A stretch of 62,664 nt of DNA, counting the filler, from Sphacelaria rigidula (lineage: Eukaryota), in NCBI GenBank assembly GCA_964200075.2. It is 10 parts of 10 records of this genome, joined end to end, with 100 filler letters (N's around TTAATTAATTAA, not from the genome) between each part and the next. Parts side by side here need not be neighbours in the genome. Positions count along the whole stretch, not along the records: positions 1 to 6,177 come from CAXNAA020021718.1; positions 6,278 to 12,454 come from CAXNAA020021719.1; 8 more parts are not named here. One strand, given 5' to 3'. Positions 1 through 9,590 of this stretch are shown piece by piece. The position numbers were made by a program, and so were the translations under genes. A model generated the notes under the pieces. It was not told the DNA's origin and ran no database searches. It saw only the letters and a list, made by a program, of their open reading frames with translations. Positions within the stretch are counted from its first letter, which is position 1. The number at the start of each line of letters is the position of its first letter.

Positions 1-19
1 TATTAGGAATAGGAACTGT

Positions 20-296
20 GCTCCGTCTCGAAAGGGATGCGTTGTCAATGGTCAAACGACTAAGGCAAGCAACAAATGAGCACGCTCTCCCCCCCGCTCC
101 CCCTGCAGGTGCTCCGTCTCGAAAGGGATGCGTGGTCAATGGTCGAATGACTAAGGCAAGCAACAAATGAGTACGCCCCTCCCCCCCGCCTCCCCCTGCT
201 CCGTCTCGAAAGGGATGCGTTGTCGATGGTCAAACGTCTAAGACAAGCTACAAATGAGAACCCCCCCCCTCTCTCCCTCCCCCCCCCCCCCCTCCC
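20..296 (+). repeat. Three tandem copies of a ~70-bp mini-element, each followed by a C-rich tract
   Basis: GCTCCGTCTCGAAAGGGATGCGTkGTCrATGGTC..GACTAAGGCAAGCAACAAATGAGTACGCCCC starts at 20, 111 and 198. Confidence 0.9.
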
Positions 297-319
297 ACAT
301 ATTTCGAGATCATTCTCAC

Positions 320-400
320 CCCACCCTCGTTGCCGGAAAACACGGCTTCGCCGTCCACGGTGATTTCACCGCGACTGAAAATTCCACCGCCGAATCCATC
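320..400 (-). CDS. Exon of POMP/adhesin-like (GGAI / FxxN repeat) protein
   Basis: ggcAG|GAT...GGG|GTGAGA, 81 nt, phase 0: DGFGGGIFSRGEITVDGEAVFSGNEGG. Confidence 0.8.
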
Positions 401-1808
401 CTGCCGACATACGATTTCAACAGGGAAGGTGAGGGCACGGGGGGACGGGGGGGGGGGGGGGGGATGTAAAAGACAAAAAAAAACCGATAGAATATAATGA
501 AAAAGAAANNNNNNNNNNAAAACACCCCACCAAACCCACCCCCCAGAAAAAAGCTGTAAAAGGGAAGGGGGGGGGCACGGGGGGGGGGGGGGGGGGGGGG
601 GGGGGGGCGTACTCACATATACGATCGATCAACTTTGGCACAAAGCGGAACAGAGAAGATATGGAATTACGGCGTATAGTTGCTAACTCTGAGCAAAAAA
701 CTCGTTTACGGCACCGACTTGACTACAGTCGACGCGGTGCGGCAGTGTTGGTCATAATCCAATCCGCGATATCAAAATGCAAGGCGTGTACGGTACCGCG
801 GGAGAGATGGCCTGATTTCTCTGAGACCATGGACTCCTTCCTCTCCAGGAAGGGGGGAAGTAAGAAGTGAAAATAAGGACAATGGAGTACTAGTCAACAC
901 TTGAGTACCACAAATCCAGCTCGGTGGTATTTTCAATGCACGAACCATGTATGTTTCCCGAAAAACAGTGGGCGCCCAGCCGAGTATACAGGGGTGCACC
1001 GTCTGTGCCATCTCAGATCCAACAGCGAGGTTGCTCTCCTGAGCCGCGTTCGCTACACCCATTCAGTTTTTCGCACGTGTAAGCAGTTTCATATGGCTGT
1101 TTTGACACCTCAATCTGGGAATCCCTTGTTCGCGTGCTTTCACCTTCATGACTCAAACGTTTCGGCGGACGATTCGGTGTTCGAGGCTTGACGGGAAAAT
1201 ACAGAACATTCACAGAAATTCTCCGCTAGGAACGGACGTACGCACACTTACAGTACTCCCAAAAAACACAAGTACTCGGCAATTTTCCCGTGGCGATTAT
1301 ATCGGTGAGAGCGTTGTCCGCAATGGTTGTCCCAGCTTTGAGACTGCAGAAGGTCTTCCGAGCGGGTCAAGCCGAATGTAAACGTTACGTGAGCCTACGC
1401 GTCGGCTGTACGACTTAGAGCCGCAAACGATACGTTATATTGGTGGGCTGCACATCCGGCATTTTGTCTTACCTTCCAACAACATGAACTGACCATAATA
1501 TTATGGGACTTCGACACTCCTTCTTGACAGCGGCAGACTCAGGCTGCTCGTAGGCGGGTCAAGAATCGTCAACATCACGATACAAGGACAGATGCGCACT
1601 GTTGTGGGTGCGGCACAGAGGGGCAACACTGACTGCTACGGTGTGCACATATCGAATCGAAAAGCGTTTTCTTCCGTCGCTATTTTTTCTTCTACTGCAG
1701 TGAGCCATGAACAAAAAGAGGCAGCTCGCACTTCCTCTGGTGACCTGGAATGAAAGACGACCGGGGTGGGGTGGGGTGGGGGACTGCTCTACTACTCTCG
1801 CCACTCAC

Positions 1809-1964
1809 CTCCGCTTCGTTATCCAGCACCGTCAGGTCACCCTCGAAGGAAATTTTTCCCGTTGCGGTGTTTGATATCGCGCCCGCCGATGTAACCTGGC
1901 CGGACTCCACTGTGCGAGCCCAGTTCCCCACAAAGGTGGCGTCCTGTTTGAACGTCAAATCCCC
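1809..1964 (-). CDS. Exon of POMP/adhesin-like repeat protein
   Basis: ccAG|GGG...GAG|GTGAGT, 156 nt, phase 0: GDLTFKQDATFVGNWARTVESGQVTSAGAISNTATGKISFEGDLTVLDNEAE. Confidence 0.85.
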
Positions 1965-2770
1965 CTGGATACGTAACATGCGTGCGACGCGGCGTGTACA
2001 GGGTGGGGTCACGTTGACCCTCTGACGGCGAAGGTGTGGATGTGTGTCGATGTGTGGCCCGTGCGAACGATCCGTGACTTGGGTTTCGTGTGCCAACCGT
2101 GCCAACGCTCCTGCAGTTGAGGTCATCCCGAAATGCCTCACAATTAAAGGGTCAGCACGGTGTGTACACACGTGCACGATCCTTCCTGTGAGCCGCGCAT
2201 GCGATAGATAGCGGCCATAAATCGTCACTACTAAACGAGGACAAAGAAGGAAGGGAGGAGAGACGTCTTCACCCGGCAGCTCTGAATGCATTTTATGCAT
2301 ATCCCGACAAGTTACATCGCGTTGCCCTCGGTTGGCTAATCCATGAATTACGTATGCACGTACGCATAGAAGAGTGCTTGAAGCTCAGAGTGCGTCAAAC
2401 GCGGCAACACCTCACCAGACCTCGGTTGAAAAACGCATAACGATAGAGTGCACATTCAAGCCAGAACCGGGAAGGGAGTCGTGCTCGCGTTCTGTTTTTT
2501 CTACGCGATCCGTCGATGCGTGTCGTGCTTTTTGAGCGTGTCATTTTTTCCGGCGTTCCCACTACGCCACGTCCCCACGAACGCGAACACATTGAGCGGA
2601 TCGCACGCAATTCTCAACTTGTTGGCCAAAAAACACGAGGGACAAACTCTCGACACCTTCACAACCCTGCTACTCGTCTGTTGGTAGTTGTGTTGACAAT
2701 TGAAGTTGTACAGAGGGATCGTATTCCACGCAGTGTGGAAGTGCAGTATCACATTTCACCAACCATGTAC

Positions 2771-2956
2771 CTTGTTGTGAATGGCGCCACCCTTTTTGAC
2801 GATGTAGCTGACGCCGCGTTTGGTCAATATACAGTCATCTCCGCACGATATGGGCCCGATGTCCCTGTTGAGTACAGAGTTGTCCCTGAACTCAGATGTG
2901 CCCTCAAACGTCACCGTCGCTCCCTCTTCCACTGACAGCGCCCCCCCGTTGACCAC
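2771..2956 (-). CDS. Exon of POMP/adhesin-like repeat protein
   Basis: atcAG|GTG...AAG|GTACAT, 186 nt, phase 0: VVNGGALSVEEGATVTFEGTSEFRDNSV...KKGGAIHNK. GGA[LI] and FxxN motifs are typical of polymorphic membrane protein beta-helix repeats. Confidence 0.85.
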
Positions 2957-3820
2957 CTGATTCCATAAAGACGTGCAGAGATCGACGTTCATCGGAAGAG
3001 ATTCGACGTGAGCAATAGAGAACGCTGAGACCTCAGTTCTCTACAGTAGTGGGCCGGAGGATTGATGTTTTGAATACATATCTCGCCGGTTACGTCCGCT
3101 CATTACTTTTATCCCCATAGGATAGCCCTGTGCTGAACACTCGAACTTTCAGGGGTGTTCGATAGCGCTTTTCCCCCCACCCGGAAGAAACGTTTGCGCC
3201 GCAGCAGCATGTCCTAGGTGCCAAAGAGTCACCTTTTGAAAAATGTCGAAAATGCCACGGTGTCGTGCGGAAAAAATGCGAGGACTCCATCTTTGTCACA
3301 ACAAATAGGTTCGATTTTGGAGCACTTCGGCCCGTTGTTACGGGGACGACAAAACTCTCTGATAAGTTCCAATCTTGACTCTTTAGCAACGATTTTCCAC
3401 ATGAGTGAGAAGGGGCAAGACGAGTCGTGCAATCTTGGAATTATACCTCTCCTGTCTCGGAGGACGTCGGCACACTCGAAACGATTTTCGGTGTACACGG
3501 TTATACGTTACATCTCGGGAGACATGTTCATGTACCATTCCTACTGTCCTTTAGTACTGACGGCGTGACGCTGTACTGTATTGCTTACGAGTGATTGTTG
3601 CTGTACTACGTAGCTCTATACAAGCAGTGTACTGTCGTGTGCGAGCGTGCGCTTTCGTCCTCAAGATACCCTCTGAATTTCCACACATCCAACGACGACA
3701 GCTCTCGGTCATGGGAGTCGTAGACTAAGCCGTCGTCTTTCTTTGAATTGAGTCTGAGAAGTCGACTCTGGAGTCGCCGTCATTTGTTTCAACCCAAGGG
3801 TGGAAATCGACTCTGAGTCT

Positions 3821-4045
3821 ACGGCTGACGAGGGAAAGGGACCGCTGAACCCCTCTCGCGATGAAAAAATAAGGCAAGCACCGCAGATGGAAGGTGGAGT
3901 ACTAAAACAAAAGAAAAAAGAGAAACATCTTGTGTTGGCCTTCCTTCTGTGTGACCCCGGCTGATGCGCCCACGTACACCGAAAAGTAAGTGTAGACTGG
4001 TGTCTAGAATATATGGGATGACAATACACACATACACATACACAC
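3821..4045 (+). mobile_element. 5'-truncated copy of tRNA-derived SINE (family A), inverted relative to its neighbour
   Basis: Near-exact reverse complement of ~4140-4365, ending in the ACACATACAC tail. Confidence 0.85.
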
Positions 4046-4139
4046 TATATTCGAAAAGTACCATTGACTCTGAGTCGACTCCCAACCTTGGGTTGAAACA
4101 AATGACGGCGACTCAGAGTCAATGATACTTTTCGAGTTT

Positions 4140-4520
4140 AGTGTGTATGTGTATGTGTGTATTGTCATCCCATATATTCCAGGCACCAGTCTACACTTAC
4201 TTTTCGGTGTACGTGGGCGCATCAGCCGGGGTCACACAGGAGGAAGGCCAACACAGGATGTTTTTATTTTTTATTTTGTTTTAGTACTCCACCTTCCTTC
4301 TGCGGTGCTTGCCTTATTTTTTCATCGCGAGAGGGGTTCAGCGGTCCCTTTCCCTCGTCAACCGTAGAGTAGATTTTTTGTGTACCCACGACATAGTCGT
4401 TCTCCACTGTTGGGCATGGCGTGAGTAAAAATCCCGGATCGTGTGACTGCGCCGAGATTCGAACCCACGACCCAACCGTCAGGTTTTCGAGGTTACCAAC
4501 TGAGCCACCGGGGCGACCGG
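4140..4520 (-). mobile_element. Full-length tRNA-derived SINE (family A)
   Basis: Minus-strand head CCGGTCGCCCCGGTGGCTCAGTTGGTAACC...GGGTTCGAATCTCGG has a Pol III A box (TGGCTCAGTTGG) and B box (GGTTCGAATC). Body is shared with five other copies in the window; CA-rich tail. Confidence 0.85.
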
Positions 4521-5584
4521 CTTCAGTGGGACTCGATAAATCACGAGTAAAAAGTTGTTCGACGTGTGGAATATCTTTCACGTGGGTGGGGGAAAAAAAT
4601 TCAAGATTTTGGTTCGCGGAACACGGACGATTTAAAAAAACACCCGGATACGGTACCAAATAGATGGTGTCAAAGCTTCGTGCTTTTCGTTCGACATGTG
4701 CTCAACTCGTGTATGCGACAACGTAAAAGAACTCGAACAAAGGTATCTGCGTACCGCAACGACAGACGGTTTCACTGTCATGCTCACGCCCCGACTGGAA
4801 TGTGCGCCAGATATCGTAGCTTTGACGCCGTTCGCGTCGTTTCCTTCAAGAGTCGACTAAATACGTCGTCTACGGATGTCGCTGTGCTTGATTCTGTCCT
4901 GCATCTTGATCACCAAACTTATCGGTAGTGAAAATCCCCGATGCGTTTGAGTCAACAGAGTTGAGAAAGTTGCTGAAAGCAAGACACCTGTTCGTTTCCT
5001 TCGAGATCAAGGCGCATTCTGGTTTACAGAATTATCAGTTTTTCTTACTTTTCGGTTGACGAAATGGGTGTTCGCTTGTCATGAGATCGCTGCATACATC
5101 GCACTTTCTGACGTCCAGAATCTTGACACTCTAAGTCGACGGAAATGGTTCTCAACCGGAAACTGGACCGTCGCATACACCCCAATGTGTAGTACTTCCA
5201 CCTCAAAGTGCGGAGTTCTGGCACCATTTTTGCCGCGCGGTTCTCCAAACATAGCCAGACAGTTAATTTTGACCTACTGCAGGCAGACAAATTGTTTCTG
5301 TGTTTGACAACAAATAAAAGTAGATTGTGAAATTATCTCTTTTTGTACTCTCCAAACGGGTGTCAAAATGAAGAAGAACGACGCCAGGGACCTTTCAAAT
5401 ATCTCTGGAAATCATATACAAGGAATAGCATTTTAGGAGAAGTATAGGGCCCGCTCGTGAGTTCGTTGCTGGAAACGTTTTACAGACTTGAAGATGGGAA
5501 TTTTCATTCATAAAAGAACTAGCAACCATGCTCAGAATCGATTTTTTCGTGCCTGAACGTGTTTGTCTCGATAAGACCCGGCCT

Positions 5585-6075
5585 TCGGCCGCTCCTTATA
5601 GCAAACAAACAAAAAAAGTCCCATGAAATGCCTTATTGGTCCTTCTTCGTCGTTTTGCGCCATACAAGAGAGCTGCAGGCGGGGTTTGACACCTTGATGG
5701 AACGACTGGCTCTACTTGTTGAGATGGTTCCAGGACACCTCCGCGTTTTCTGGTGGCCGCAGTTTTTTTTTTTGCCAAACTTCCATCAATTTTATCCAAG
5801 ATCTGTGAAGAACGGCCAAATCTCGAAAAAAAAGTGTCCTTTCTCTCTGGACTTGACCGTCTCTGGACAAAATGCTTGTTTTTTTCGCCAAAATTAAACT
5901 GCGGCCACCGGAAAACGCGAAAATGCCCTGCAAGCCGTCTCAACAAGTAGAGCAAGCCATTCCCAAGGTGCCAAACTCCGCCTGGCTCTCTTTCAGGGCG
6001 TATAACGACGAAGAAGGACCAAAAAAGCGTTTTTACAGGACATGTATTCGGTGACTCATGAGGAGCGGCCTCCGA
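5585..6075. mobile_element. Degenerate foldback/MITE-like element with ~190-bp inverted arms
   Basis: TGGTCCTTCTTCGTCG...CTCTACTTGTTGAGA...CGCGTTTTCTGGTGGCCGCAGTTT (~5637-5765) is mirrored by AAACTGCGGCCACCGGAAAACGCG...TCTCAACAAGTAGAG...CGACGAAGAAGGACCA (~5895-6021). Ends are approximate. Confidence 0.7.
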
Positions 6076-6177
6076 CCGTTTCACGGTTGGTAATGGGGGG
6101 GGGGGAGGGGGGGGGGGGGGTGGGGTGGGAACATCTCGTTGTTCTCGATTTTGCATCGTATGTCGCCGGGACACGGC

Positions 6178-6277
6178 NNNNNNNNNNNNNNNNNNNNNNN
6201 NNNNNNNNNNNNNNNNNNNNNTTAATTAATTAANNNNNNNNNNNNNNNNNNNNNNNNNNNNNNNNNNNNNNNNNNNN
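6178..6277. other. Artificial scaffold-joining linker (44 N + TTAATTAATTAA + 44 N); first of nine
   Basis: Identical 100-bp linkers at 6178, 12455, 18732, 25009, 31285, 37561, 43837, 50113 and 56389. Intervening fragments are 6177 bp (first four) then 6176 bp (last six), i.e. size-sorted. The 12-mer gives stops in all six frames. Confidence 0.98.
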
Positions 6278-7184
6278 GTGGGTTGCGTGGGCTTCGCTCC
6301 TTTCTGCGCCGGGGCGGGGGGGGGGGGGGGGGGGGGGGGGGGAGACGACCCGTTTATTTTACCAAAATGTATCGACGTTACAAATTCAAGTTACATCGAA
6401 GAGTACACGCGACAAAAATCCCAACTTAGGCCGTGCCCATTTCGAACTTGGTGTACTGTATCATATTATCATCGGTCAAGGTTCGATACCGCTGCGTCCA
6501 GGTGCCTCCGCGCGGATTTTGTGAGTTCAAACCCCGACAGTGGATGCTGTTGGGAAGGATCTCTCCAGTAACCGTCATGCGAAAACATGAGAACGTGAGT
6601 TGATCGAATATTTACATTTAATGAAAGTCGAGCGGTTGCGTGGGTGCTGATCTAATATTTGACGAGCAATTGCAAAGCAACTACCCGGGGAAAAATGGGT
6701 TGATCCCCTGAGACTGCGGATTCCTGCCATGACAGAGAGAAGAAGCGCGCGCGCGCACGATCCTCGCACACGGTTCGACACTAAGCTTTAGGGGGCAAGG
6801 AGGGAGTCCATTTGAGTCCAGTGTACGCCAAAGCACCGCTTTGTGGGTTGATTCTTGTATGTAGACAACACATTCCACCATCAATTGTACAGGGTGGTCC
6901 CAGTGGGTGATACCAAGAAGTGTCTCCGGCGATTCATCACTCGACATTTGGGACCTAGAACCTGAAAATTTTGAATGATCGATTCGCTTCCATCTCTGAA
7001 GTTTCGGGTCCCAGTTCTCAAAAGCTCCGGTGAAAAATCTAGGATATGTACAATCTCAAGGGCCCGGAAATCCTCTATATTACTGTACATGTTTCTCTCA
7101 ATACCAGGCAAAACTTTCGACGGCGACGAGTTGGGTGTTTGATCGTTTTTCTCGCCTTACTGTGCTGAACCCCTGACATGGTGG

Positions 7185-7501
7185 CCATACTACTCTCCTT
7201 GCGTCACCTATCTTTTCTTGTTTTTGTCCATTATTATCTTCTCTCTTCCTTTCTTTCGGTGTGTACAATTTTGACAGATCTGGCGTTTGTTTGTTTCTTC
7301 TTTCTTTTCTCTCCCCGTTGGACTCGCGGGAGCTACTTCTCATCGGTTTTCGTGGCGTCGCTCTTCTTATTTTTTCTTTATTTTGATAATGAGTCTGGTA
7401 AGGAATAGCAAGGAAGGAGGGTATTGGAAAGGCGAGCCTACGTCTGTGACCACGGGTTCGCGAGATCAGATTAATGTGCGGAAATAATAATAATAATAAT
7501 A
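7185..7501 (+). mobile_element. Retroposon (LINE/SINE) 3' end with (AAT)n tail
   Basis: T-rich tract, then GGCGAGCCTACGTCTGTGACCACGGGTTCG...AATGTGCGGAAATAATAATAAT; homologous end at ~9520-9590. Confidence 0.6.
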
Positions 7502-8109
7502 CTGTCAGCCACAAGTTCACGAAATTCCGTGACACTTGAGCAAGAACCGATGATGTGTTGATTTTTTAGAGGACGGTTTTGCCGCCAAATCACCGTAGTC
7601 GACGCATCATGGATGTTACTCCAACTGTACCCCTCACCTCAACACGAGGCACCGAGAACCCTCGAGTAAGGGATATGCGTATGGTGTCCTGGGCACAGTG
7701 TGCGTTTGCAGCGTTCAAATCTGAGCGAAAAAATGCGTGATGCGCACGATGAAGAACACCCCGCACTACCCGCTTTCAAAGATCTGAATCTATCCGTGCA
7801 ACTCTACGATCAAGTATTTTTCTGACCGTGGTGACTTGACGGCAAACTTGCGTGAACCCCACTAATTTATTTGTGTCAAGCCATCCCCCAACTCCCGCCA
7901 GCCGGCCGCATTGGGTATGCCACCATTAGTTTGCAATGACGCAAATGAGCAAATCGCCCATAAGAGCATGCGGGGCTTCCCGGTATGAGTGTACGGTTGC
8001 AGGGAACCTACCTCCTGTGCATTTTACGGTTGCCACTCGTGCTAATTGCCCCGGTAACACCACTTGGTCTCTTTCGCTGGACCTGCCTCTCTTCTTTTGT
8101 CAAACTTTC

Positions 8110-8395
8110 ACCTTTCTTCTTAGGAACGAGTCCGTGGTGTCAACGGATCGACCCATCTCTGCCCCAGTACACGCCTTATACTTTGGCATCGCGGCTTGGA
8201 TCATGATCAGTACTCCCGCACCGCGTCGACTCTCGTCGAAAAAACATTATTTACTGTGCACGTCTTCATGTTTCCAGCAACGGAAATCGGGTTCGTATTT
8301 GAAGAAAAAAAAAAAAGGCATCTGCCAGGAATTGGACCCAGAATCTTCCAATCTCGATGATTTCAGATATATCAGTGAGACGACCGGGGCGCGGC
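8110..8395 (-). mobile_element. Second dispersed SINE-like repeat (family B) with a degenerate tRNA-like head
   Basis: Body is shared with ~28630-28715, ~35110-35240 and ~55085-55345. Minus-strand 5' end CCCCGGTCGTCTCACTG...GGGTCCAATTCC resembles A/B boxes. Confidence 0.55.
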
Positions 8396-8520
8396 GGCCC
8401 GTGAGTGCCATTTACAGCTCCCATTATTTCTTGTTTGGAAATCTTGAAACAGCGGGAATTGTCTCACACCTCTAATGCTCCGCGGTCTAAGGTTAAACAG
8501 CCCGAAAGGGTGGTCCGCAC

Positions 8521-8790
8521 CTGTGTTGTGAAACGCCCAGCAGGATCACGCCATGTTCTTTCCAAAGCACGTGCCTTAGAAAGCCGAGAAAACAGCGTTT
8601 CGTCTTTGATGCCCGAATTACTGGACGAACGACCGATTTTGTTCACCAAGGTACCGCGATCACCTAGACTGGTACCTGCAGAACGAGCCAGAGTTGCCGT
8701 CGATGGCGTTGATGTTGCCAAGATGACTAACGCGACCACGCCTATCATTACGGCGTGTCGCGTTGACGCTGTTGATGGTGAATGGAGCAT
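8521..8790 (-). CDS. Candidate first exon of a secreted protein of unknown function
   Basis: ATG at 8790, hydrophobic stretch VMIGVVALVILATSTPSTA (signal-peptide-like), 90 open codons ending CAG|GTGCGG. No downstream exon identified. Confidence 0.4.
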
Positions 8791-9289
8791 AATGGCCAGT
8801 TGACGATGATTGCTGCAGCGGTGCATGGCATGATATTGGGAAGCGGCAGAACATGCGGTGAAGATGCGATGCGGAACTGTCACAGGTGTGGGTGTCGCAG
8901 ACGGGTTAATGCGTCCTGGTCTGTACATGAGCAAAAGCTAAGCTGAGAACGCACCAAATTACCCGTACCTAAACCCCTTTTGCCCCCATGCGCCAGCAGG
9001 CCGCTTTGATTTTCCCTGCCGGGGGTTCGGAATCGTTGTTTCGGCAAAAGAGGCTATGTCTTAATGTAAACAAGGGGGTCTGGTAGGGATGTGCATCAGG
9101 TATTAGCCCAAATCGATATACAGCATCGATATACCACCAGAGTTGCCTCTGTCTATTGAAGGTCGCCGGGACGTAACAAGAAGCCCAGCACGTGGTATGC
9201 TCGCAAGTGCGCCGTCCTCCTGCAAAAAATGTTATCCTTCTCCGTGGGTACCTGGGGATGTTCGTTTGACTCTAGCGTGACGTCCGTGT

Positions 9290-9590
9290 ATTCTCCTGGA
9301 ATGTGCTTGTTTTACTTACTACTGTCTTTCGAGTTCCTCTCCTTCATCGGGAGATGTGATTTGTCTGTTCCATCACACCTCCGACCAGCTCGGGCGGAGT
9401 TTTCTTCCTCATCTTTTTCTTGACGTCTCTTATTGTTTATTTCGTCGTGTTTTGGAGTCTCAGGAGAAGCCGCTCAATAAGCACTTCTGTCTCACGTCAA
9501 GATTGGTAGCGGCAGTACTGGAGAGGCGAGCCTACGTCCGTGAGCACGGGTTCGAAAGATTGGGCTAATGGGCGGAAATAGTGATGATTA
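9290..9590 (+). mobile_element. Retroposon 3' end homologous to 7185-7501
   Basis: GGCGAGCCTACGTCCGTGAGCACGGGTTCG...AATGGGCGGAAATAGTGATGAT. Confidence 0.55.

Noticed and set aside
20..296. Hammerhead ribozyme in the mini-element
   Set aside because: ATGAG...CTCGAAA is present across the unit junction, but the required CUGA core reads CAAA.
248..641. Poly-Pro/poly-Gly ORFs here and at other scaffold ends
   Set aside because: Translations of poly-C/G tracts and N gaps; homopolymer lengths are unreliable.
4441..4520. tRNA gene
   Set aside because: Has A/B boxes but no convincing cloverleaf, and it is fused to the same repeat body in three copies; it is a SINE head.
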